Shown here piece after piece: positions 18,008 to 24,880 of a stretch of DNA of 64,000 bases. The DNA lies in NCBI GenBank assembly GCA_045106985.1, contig JBGCFQ010000024.1, positions 128,502 to 192,501 of the forward strand, in the 5' to 3' direction. The number at the start of each line of letters is the position of its first letter. Positions within the stretch are counted from its first letter, which is position 1. The notes under the pieces were generated by a model. The model worked only from the letters and a program-made list of their open reading frames with translations. It did no database searches and was not told the DNA's origin. The stretch is from Pseudomonadales bacterium. Its GTDB lineage: Bacteria > Pseudomonadota > Gammaproteobacteria > Pseudomonadales > JAUIET01. Made by a program: the position numbers and the translations under genes.

Positions 18008-20093
18008 ACAAACCGAAACAGGCCTTAGCGCTGCGCCGAATGCAACGATTATTGAACCCGTTGCATTCGAGCCAATGGGTGAGCAGGAATTCGCCGCAGG
18101 GCCCGCAGCGTTATGGCCCAAGGCACTAATAGGACTATTTTTTCTGCTTACGGCCTTGGTGTTGTTTTTTCTGTTTACGGCCCGATCCGTATTGATTGAG
18201 CCACAATACAACGGTACTGCTGTCAACAATGCGAAATTTGAGTTAAGTGGCGGAATACATCTTTGGTTTGGCGGCCGTTTCTTGGTTCGCCCTGGCGCGT
18301 TTAGCGCATCAGTAAGTCACCCAGAATACAAAACCGCCAGTCTCGGTTTTCACGTTACTCAGGAGCAACAACAAAGCGTTGTTATCGAGCTGCAGCGAAA
18401 ACCCGATGTGTTTGATGTGAGTACTACACCGCCTGAGGCCGAGGTACTTGTTGATGGAGAGCTAGTAGGCACCACACCATTGATGGGCCTGTCGATAGAA
18501 GCCGGTTCCCGCTCTCTGAGCTTGCGCCACCCTCGCTATCTGCTGGTCGAAGAAGAGCTTCAGGTTGAAGGAGGAGGTAATACTGTCGCTCGAAGTTTTA
18601 ACCTTGAGCCCGCTTGGGCCGAGGTAACTGTTGATACCTTGCCGCAAGGGGCGACAGTGTTTTCTGATGAACGCGAGATTGGTAAAACGCCGCTCACGGC
18701 AGAAGTTTTTCAAGGGCTTCGGCAACTAAGCTTCCACCTTAGTAAATTCAAAACCTCAAGCCAGGAACTGAATGTGATGGCCGGCGACGCTCTTCAGCTG
18801 GAAACAGTCGTGTTAGATCCTGCTGATGCAATGCTGGCATTGGAAAGTACGCCGCTCGACGCCGGCGTATTGGTTAATGGCGTTTACAGTGGCCAAACAC
18901 CCGTAACCGTCGCGCTGAAAGCCGATGAGAATTCTGTAGTGGAGCTGTTTAAACAAGGATATAAAAAGCAAAGTAGAGCGCTAAGCTACTCCGCCGGAGA
19001 GCAGCAGGCTTTGAACATTGCTTTATCCCCGGCTCTGGGTCTAGTGACACTGAACGTCACGCCGGTAGATTCGAGTGTTAGCATAAATGGCCGTTCGCTA
19101 AGCACAAAGCAAACCCTGTCTAAGCGACTCAGTTTACCTTCTGTACCGCAAACTTTCAGGGTAACGCGCAAAGGTTACCTACCTTTTGAAAAAACTATCA
19201 CGCCGAGGCCTGGATTTAAACAAACCTTAAACGTCACTTTGTTAACACCTGCAGCGGCTAAGGCAGCGAAGATCAAATCAGTTTTCCGAAGTGCGGGCGG
19301 CCAGCAAATGCGCTTAATTAAACCCGGCCGAATAACTATGGGTGCTTCTCGTCGCGAAGCCGGCCGTAGAGCGAATGAAAATCTCAGACCGGTTGTATTG
19401 CAAAGACCATTTTATATTTCCGCCACTGAAGTGACCAATGGCGAATACCGAAAGTTTGATTTCAAACATTCCTCCAAGCGTGTGGAAGACAAAAGCCTAA
19501 ATGCTGACGCTCAGCCAGTGGTAAGAGTAGCTTGGGTAGATGCCGCGCAGTATTGCAATTGGTTGAGTGAGCAAGAAGGCTTGGCTCTGGTGTATGAGTT
19601 TAAGGAAGGAAAACTGACAAATGTAGACCAACAGGCATCGGGTTATCGTTTACCAACTGAGGCCGAGTGGTCGTACAGTGCTAGAAAACTGGGCAAAGAA
19701 ATGCTGAAATTTCCCTGGGGCCAGGAGTGGCCAGTGCCGCCTGGTAGCGGAAACTTCGCTGACATCAAAGCGAGCTACATTTTGGGGCGAACACTTCCTC
19801 ATTATGAAGATGGATATACAGCAAGTGCTCCCGTTGGAAAATTTACGCCTAATCAGTATGAGCTTTATGACATGGGAGGAAATGTCGCTGAGTGGGTACA
19901 CGACTTTTATGCTCCAGGTCAGCCTCCAGGTTCGAAAGTGGATCCTTTCGGCCCCAAGGAGAGTAATTACCACGTCGTTCGCGGATCCTCATGGCGGCAC
20001 GGTTCACTGGTAGAGCTAAGGCTTTCTTATAGGGATTATGCAGATCGAGGACGAGATGATCTTGGTTTCAGAGTCGCTCGTTATCTGGATTAA
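17970..20093 (+). CDS. membrane-anchored protein with about 5 PEGA repeats and a C-terminal FGE-sulfatase (SUMF1-fold) domain
   Basis: TM helix 'ALIGLFFLLTALVLFFLF'. Repeats include 'VSTTPPEAEVLVDGELVGTTPL', 'VDTLPQGATVFSDEREIGKTPL', 'LESTPLDAGVLVNGVYSGQTPV' and 'LNVTPVDSSVSINGRSL'. FGE-fold motifs are 'YRLPTEAEW', 'GNVAEWV', 'VVRGSSW' and 'LGFRVAR'. The start is uncertain (ATG 17970 overlaps the upstream gene). Confidence 0.75.
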   Translation: MYEWTFVVSSKSEQTETGLSAAPNATIIEPVAFEPMGEQEFAAGPAALWPKALIGLFFLLTALVLFFLFTARSVLIEPQYNGTAVNNAKFELSGGIHLWFGGRFLVRPGAFSASVSHPEYKTASLGFHVTQEQQQSVVIELQRKPDVFDVSTTPPEAEVLVDGELVGTTPLMGLSIEAGSRSLSLRHPRYLLVEEELQVEGGGNTVARSFNLEPAWAEVTVDTLPQGATVFSDEREIGKTPLTAEVFQGLRQLSFHLSKFKTSSQELNVMAGDALQLETVVLDPADAMLALESTPLDAGVLVNGVYSGQTPVTVALKADENSVVELFKQGYKKQSRALSYSAGEQQALNIALSPALGLVTLNVTPVDSSVSINGRSLSTKQTLSKRLSLPSVPQTFRVTRKGYLPFEKTITPRPGFKQTLNVTLLTPAAAKAAKIKSVFRSAGGQQMRLIKPGRITMGASRREAGRRANENLRPVVLQRPFYISATEVTNGEYRKFDFKHSSKRVEDKSLNADAQPVVRVAWVDAAQYCNWLSEQEGLALVYEFKEGKLTNVDQQASGYRLPTEAEWSYSARKLGKEMLKFPWGQEWPVPPGSGNFADIKASYILGRTLPHYEDGYTASAPVGKFTPNQYELYDMGGNVAEWVHDFYAPGQPPGSKVDPFGPKESNYHVVRGSSWRHGSLVELRLSYRDYADRGRDDLGFRVARYLD

Positions 20094-20108
20094 AAGGCTG
20101 AAAAAATT

Positions 20109-20459
20109 ATGAAAAAAAATGAGCCATTGCATTCGAAAAAATCACCAACAGGAATAATTTTGTTGCTCTGCGTCGCCGTTTGCTTGCCTTTTTCCCCAAG
20201 CTACGCACAGGACGATGAGGATTTTATTATTCTTGATGACCGTGGCGAGGGTTTTGAAGCTGAAGAAGGTGATGTGCCTTTGAGTGGGCGTAAACCACGA
20301 CCGAGTAATACCTTGCCGAACCGCTCCACTGAGAGTACGGCCGGAGCGGAGAAGAGGGACCGTGAGAACGACGTGCCAGCGCCACCACCACCGGTCCGCT
20401 TCGAGCCAACAGAGCGGGTCTCAGAAGATTTATCAGTGTCGTTTCCGGCTGATATTTAA
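20109..20459 (+). CDS. small secreted acidic/Pro-rich protein
   Basis: Signal peptide 'GIILLLCVAVCLPFSPSYA/QDDED'. 116 aa, lying between operon neighbours on the same strand. Confidence 0.45.
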   Translation: MKKNEPLHSKKSPTGIILLLCVAVCLPFSPSYAQDDEDFIILDDRGEGFEAEEGDVPLSGRKPRPSNTLPNRSTESTAGAEKRDRENDVPAPPPPVRFEPTERVSEDLSVSFPADI

Positions 20460-20510
20460 AATCGGAACACAGCTTAAAAGTATCAATCACGTGAGCATTT
20501 GGAAGAGAAC

Positions 20511-21308
20511 ATGAAAAGTAACTTGAGTCGCGAATTCATGTACCAGCTAATTGCGTTATTACTAGCAATTATCGTTGTACATACCGTGTACGTAGGGCTG
20601 ATAAGGCCTAATGCCGCAGAGCTTCTCGCTCACCAAGCGCAGCTACAAGCAGACGGAGGAGCGTATGTTCCTTCAAGATCGATCTATGTGGTACTGAAAG
20701 ACTTTGAACAGGAAACCTGCTTTATATTGGCTATCTGGGCGATTGCTATCATGGGCTTTAAAGCACGCAGTATCACCGGGCAGCGCCTTATGCTGGACCG
20801 AAGTTTGCTAAATATTAGCCCTGGCACAAGCATGCTTCCGGAAGACGCCCGTGATCATTCGCGTGCCTTGCAGGCACTTCCGCAGGAAGAAAAACAGAGC
20901 CTTTTACCCAGAGCACTGCTGATAGGTCTGCAGCGCTTCGGCTCTACGCGAAGCATTCAGGACGTAGCGACGGCTATCAAAGAGGTGTGTGAGAGTGAAG
21001 CCGACAGATTGGACTCCGAACTTGCGATGGTGCGCTACATAGCGTGGGCGATCCCTTCCATAGGTTTTATTGGTACTGTGCGTGGTATTGGCGCCGCGCT
21101 GGGTCAAGCGCACCAAGCGGTGGAAGGGGATATCTCGGGAGTAACCGCTAGTTTGGGCGTGGCATTCAACTCTACGTTTATCGCTCTAGTCGTTAGTATC
21201 CTAATAATGTTCTTAATGCATCAGCTGCAATTGCTGCAAGAACGCTTGGTGTTAGACAGTCAGCAGTATTGCGATACAAACCTAATGCCGCATTTACAAG
21301 TGCACTAG
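20511..21308 (+). CDS. MotA/TolQ/ExbB proton-channel family protein
   Basis: 'WAIPSIGFIGTVRGIGAALG' and 'LGVAFNSTFIALVVSILIMFLMH' match the conserved TM2/TM3 signature of MotA_ExbB channels. The ATG at 20511 is preceded by GGAAGAG. Confidence 0.8.
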   Translation: MKSNLSREFMYQLIALLLAIIVVHTVYVGLIRPNAAELLAHQAQLQADGGAYVPSRSIYVVLKDFEQETCFILAIWAIAIMGFKARSITGQRLMLDRSLLNISPGTSMLPEDARDHSRALQALPQEEKQSLLPRALLIGLQRFGSTRSIQDVATAIKEVCESEADRLDSELAMVRYIAWAIPSIGFIGTVRGIGAALGQAHQAVEGDISGVTASLGVAFNSTFIALVVSILIMFLMHQLQLLQERLVLDSQQYCDTNLMPHLQVH

Positions 21309-21328
21309 CACTGAGTTGGAAAAAAGCT

Positions 21329-22690
21329 ATGTATGACGCTGTAGTTGAACTGAACGATATAGATCTACCCATATGGCAAAGCGGTGACTCTTCTACATGC
21401 CCGGCGTTTGCCCTGCGTGGCGAAACAGGTCTTGTTTTTGGCCATGAGGCTCGTGACCAGGCACGGTTGCATCCTCTCAGGATTAATAGCCGGTTTATGC
21501 AGCAGCTTAGTTTGGTTGAAACGCCGGAGCTTAAACCTCATGCGCGTCATCATGCCGACTTAGCGTACCGATTTTTGCAGTTCGCTCATAGGGGCGCATC
21601 GGCGCCAGAACGTTGCGTTTTTGTTGTGCCGCCTAGCTACACTCAAGATCATATGTCTGTACTGCTTGGCGTTGTTAAACAATGCTCTTTTGACGCGGTT
21701 GGCTTGTTAGATCAAACAGTAGCAGTCGCCAGCCAAGAAGCTGCGCAGAGCAACGGTGTTTTCTGTGATCTACAGCTTCATCAGTTGGTGCTGGGCGCTT
21801 ACCACGTGGAAAATAATGACGTTGTTCGCGGTGCAACACAGAGCGTAGATCAGTTCGGTCTGCAGCCGCTCTATGAGCGATGGGTTCGATTGATAGCTCA
21901 AGCCTTTGTTAAGCAGTGTCGCTTTGATCCACTGCACGACGCAGCGATTGAGCAACAGCTGTGGTTACAACTGCCTGCTATTTTGCAAGAGCAAGCAAAT
22001 GATGAGATGTTCAAGTTTTCCTTGTTGAATAAATATTTGATCGAAATACCGCGTTCCGTAATGCTTGGGCCAGTGACGGAGTTGTTTGCACAATTGCAAC
22101 AAAGGTTGGTTTCATTCGATGGCGATAACGCAGAGTTACTATGCAGTGCTCGCTTAGCCAGCTTGCCTGGATTTCTGACGCTCGACAGTCGACTAAAAAG
22201 CGTTGCTCCAGATAGTGTTGCTAAAGCAGTAAGTAACTTTCAAAGCAAAATTTGCTCGAATACGGCTAATCTTCCGTTCGTTTGTAGATTGCCGATGGGT
22301 ACGCCGAATAACGCTGCTAATATTGCCCCAACTGCAGCCGTCAATCCGGACCCAAGTTCTAGTTCTAACGTAGTGAGGTCGGAAACTTTCGCGATTGACT
22401 ATTCAATAACGCACTTTGTATTGGACGGTGTCGCGCACCCGCTAAAGGAAAATCCATTGTTGCTGAATGGTTTGGGTGCAGCAATTGTTTGGTCGCATCG
22501 CGAAGGTAGCGTAGCGACAGCAATGGTTTCTCTTGAGGAGGGTCGTTGGAGTGTTAAGCGTCTAGATAACGCAGAGCTTTGGCTCAATGGCGAAATACTA
22601 TTGACAGAGTGCGAGGCTGTTCAAAAAGGAGACCGACTAAGTCTTGCAGAAGATGGAGCGGAGTTGAGCTTTATTAGACTCTTAGCGTGA
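21329..22690 (+). CDS. cytoplasmic Hsp70/actin-fold-like protein with degenerate nucleotide-binding loops and FHA-like C-terminus
   Basis: By-eye alignment to DnaK: 'DIDLPIWQS' vs GIDLGTTNS, 'GETGLVFGHEARDQARLHP' vs [17 protein letters not shown], 'VFVVPPSYTQDH' vs [12 protein letters not shown], and 'FCDLQLHQ' vs VYDLGGGT. The C-terminus 'WSVKRLDNAELWLNGEIL...GDRLSL...LSFIRL' is FHA-like. No TM helix or signal peptide. Confidence 0.45.
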   Translation: MYDAVVELNDIDLPIWQSGDSSTCPAFALRGETGLVFGHEARDQARLHPLRINSRFMQQLSLVETPELKPHARHHADLAYRFLQFAHRGASAPERCVFVVPPSYTQDHMSVLLGVVKQCSFDAVGLLDQTVAVASQEAAQSNGVFCDLQLHQLVLGAYHVENNDVVRGATQSVDQFGLQPLYERWVRLIAQAFVKQCRFDPLHDAAIEQQLWLQLPAILQEQANDEMFKFSLLNKYLIEIPRSVMLGPVTELFAQLQQRLVSFDGDNAELLCSARLASLPGFLTLDSRLKSVAPDSVAKAVSNFQSKICSNTANLPFVCRLPMGTPNNAANIAPTAAVNPDPSSSSNVVRSETFAIDYSITHFVLDGVAHPLKENPLLLNGLGAAIVWSHREGSVATAMVSLEEGRWSVKRLDNAELWLNGEILLTECEAVQKGDRLSLAEDGAELSFIRLLA

Positions 22691-22715
22691 TTTTTTCGCA
22701 TAGAGGTTCTCTGTG

Positions 22716-22740
22716 CATCCTAAATTTGCTTTTTAGGATG
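22716..22740 (+). repeat. perfect 9-bp inverted repeat (stem-loop) in the largest internal gap of the operon
   Basis: CATCCTAAA-tttgctt-TTTAGGATG. No T-tract follows it. Confidence 0.6.
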
Positions 22741-22801
22741 AGCAGTAAGTTGAGTTGCAAGAGCAAAGAAATAGAATCGAGACAGTGTTTATGAGTATCG
22801 A

Positions 22802-23887
22802 ATGAGACGAAAAAGAAACGCGACTACCTTTAACCTTTCCTTTCTCGATGTAATGTCGTGCGGGTTTGGTGCGGTCGTGTTGATTTTTTTGATTGTGGAG
22901 CACTCTAGCAGCACTCAGTCCAACGCTGCCAACACTATGGAGCTTGCTGAAGTAAATATGTTGGAGCGCGATATAGAACTGGAAGAACGGCTATCGGCTG
23001 AAGCCCGCAATGCGCTCCGCTTGGTTGATCTCGATATTGTTGAGGTCAGTGGCGCTTCGAAGCGTTTGGTTGACGAGCTGGAAAATCTTAAGGAAGAGCT
23101 AGCGGAGGAAGATTCTGACAGCCTTGCTCGTTTGGAGCATGTCAATCAGCTCAAGACTGAAATAAAAAACCTTGAGAAAGAAATAGAACGCTTACGCTCT
23201 TCGGATGAGGTAGGACAGGGGCGCCGCTCTCGGTTTGTTCGTGGAGAAGGTGAACGCCAGTATTTAACGGGATTGAGGGTTGGAGGACGCCGGATAATGG
23301 TCTTGCTTGATACTTCGTCCAGCATGTTAGACCGTACCGTTGTAAATATATTGAGACTCAGAAATCTGTCAGACGCTAGAAAACGGCAGGCTAAAAAGTG
23401 GCAGTCTGTTGTAGGCACGATGGATTGGTTGACCGCGCAATTCCCGCAGAGCAGTCAGTTTCAAATCTATTCTTTTAATACTGAAGCCAAACCAGTGATC
23501 GCAGACACGGATGGAGAATGGCTATCAGTGAGCGACACCGACATGCTTGAAGAAGCGATGGCGGAAGTCCGTCGCTTAGTGCCCGACGGCGGCACAAGCC
23601 TCGCCAACGCCTTTGAAGCGGTAGAGGGATTCGTGAGTCTGCCCGATAATATTATTTTAATCACTGATGGTCTTCCAACACAAGACAGCAGCCCCGGCAG
23701 CGGGAAGGTAAACAGTGAGAAAAGAATGCGTTTTTTCAGTAAAGCATTGAAACACCTGCCTGGCGGAATTCCCATTAACGTTATTCTCTCACCGATGGAA
23801 GGTGATCCAGCGGCTGCGGCTGCATTTTGGAATCTTGCCGTTGTTACCGGTGGCTCGTTCCTGAGTCCCTCTAAGGATTGGCCATGA
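22802..23887 (+). CDS. ExbD/TolR-like TM anchor - coiled coil - periplasmic vWA domain protein (paralog 1)
   Basis: N-terminus 'MRRKRNATTFNLSFLDVMSCGFGAVVLIFLIV' resembles the ExbD/TolR helix with its essential Asp (nt 22847-22849). A heptad-rich E/L/K segment follows. vWA MIDAS elements are 'VLLDTSSSM', 'GGTSL' and 'ILITDG'. Confidence 0.7.
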   Translation: MRRKRNATTFNLSFLDVMSCGFGAVVLIFLIVEHSSSTQSNAANTMELAEVNMLERDIELEERLSAEARNALRLVDLDIVEVSGASKRLVDELENLKEELAEEDSDSLARLEHVNQLKTEIKNLEKEIERLRSSDEVGQGRRSRFVRGEGERQYLTGLRVGGRRIMVLLDTSSSMLDRTVVNILRLRNLSDARKRQAKKWQSVVGTMDWLTAQFPQSSQFQIYSFNTEAKPVIADTDGEWLSVSDTDMLEEAMAEVRRLVPDGGTSLANAFEAVEGFVSLPDNIILITDGLPTQDSSPGSGKVNSEKRMRFFSKALKHLPGGIPINVILSPMEGDPAAAAAFWNLAVVTGGSFLSPSKDWP

Positions 23888-24876
23888 GATTCAGAAAGCG
23901 CGGCACCGAAGACATGAACGTCGCCTTTCTTGATGTGATTTGTTGTGGCTTCGGCGCCATCATACTATTGCTGTTGATCACCAAGATCATGGATCCAGCT
24001 GCGTTGGAAGAATCCCCACAGGACCAAGAAGCCGCCATCGCGAATTTACAAGAACAACTCTTTGAAATTCGGGGTGATGCCCGCGTATTGAATCGAGATT
24101 TAAACGCCAAGCGCGAGCAGCTCTCAGAGATTAAAGATTATGTCGCACGACTTCAGGGCGAACTCAGAGTATTGAAGGGCGAATTTGATGCAACCGATGA
24201 TGACTCGGCCACCAATACTTTGTTAGCGGGCGAATTAGCAGGGGCGCGCCAGACCTTAACCGAGGAAATGCAACGTTTGCTGGGTGAATCGTCACAGCGC
24301 TCTAATGATTTGATTGGTGGTATACCTGTTGATAGCGAATATCTTATTTTTATTATTGATACTTCAGGATCTATGGTGCAATCAGCGTGGTCGCGTTTGC
24401 AGCGCGAAATTATTGCAACCTTAGATGTTTATCCAGAAGTGAAAGGCATTCAGATAATGAATGATATGGGGAATTATATGTTTACCCGGCATCGCGAAAA
24501 GTGGATGACTGATGAGCCTCACCGACGTCGCGCCATCGTTCGTTCGCTGCAGAACTGGACGCCCTTTAGTAATAGTAGCCCGGTAGAAGGGGTGGAAGCC
24601 GCCATACGGACTTTTTACGAACCCGGTAAAAAGATCAGCTTGTTTGTATACGGCGATGATTTTTCCAGTGGCTCTATTCAAAGAGTATTGCTAACCATTG
24701 ACCGAATAAACCTGGAGGTCAAAGACGGGCAGCGATTAGTTCGAATTCACGCAGTTGGTTTTCCTCATTTGATCTCCGGGCGGGGGATGAAAAGCTCTGC
24801 TTCGCGTTTTGCTGCGTTGATGCGTGAAATGAGCTACCGTAATGGCGGTAGTTTTGTTGGACTGACACCGGAATAA
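23884..24876 (+). CDS. ExbD/TolR-like TM anchor - coiled coil - periplasmic vWA domain protein (paralog 2)
   Basis: N-terminus 'MRFRKRGTEDMNVAFLDVICCGFGAIILLLLI' (Asp at nt 23932-23934), then a coiled coil and the vWA motif 'FIIDTSGSM'. ATGA start/stop overlap with paralog 1. Confidence 0.7.
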   Translation: MRFRKRGTEDMNVAFLDVICCGFGAIILLLLITKIMDPAALEESPQDQEAAIANLQEQLFEIRGDARVLNRDLNAKREQLSEIKDYVARLQGELRVLKGEFDATDDDSATNTLLAGELAGARQTLTEEMQRLLGESSQRSNDLIGGIPVDSEYLIFIIDTSGSMVQSAWSRLQREIIATLDVYPEVKGIQIMNDMGNYMFTRHREKWMTDEPHRRRAIVRSLQNWTPFSNSSPVEGVEAAIRTFYEPGKKISLFVYGDDFSSGSIQRVLLTIDRINLEVKDGQRLVRIHAVGFPHLISGRGMKSSASRFAALMREMSYRNGGSFVGLTPE

Positions 24877-24880
24877 AAAC

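Noticed and set aside
17970-20093. The FGE-sulfatase domain protein as a genuine sulfatase-maturating formylglycine-generating enzyme
   Set aside because: The region equivalent to the catalytic Cys pair contains no cysteine. The protein is membrane-anchored behind PEGA repeats, and no sulfatase gene is nearby.
20511-24876. The MotA-like gene plus neighbours as a Zorya anti-phage system, a flagellar stator, or a canonical Tol-Pal/ExbBD-TonB locus
   Set aside because: There is no MotB/ZorB-type OmpA-like peptidoglycan-binding domain and no long ZorA-like C-terminal tail on the channel protein. There are no ZorC/ZorD-like helicase or nuclease genes, no TolA/TolB/Pal, and no ExbD periplasmic domain. 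Only the TM-helix signature is shared.
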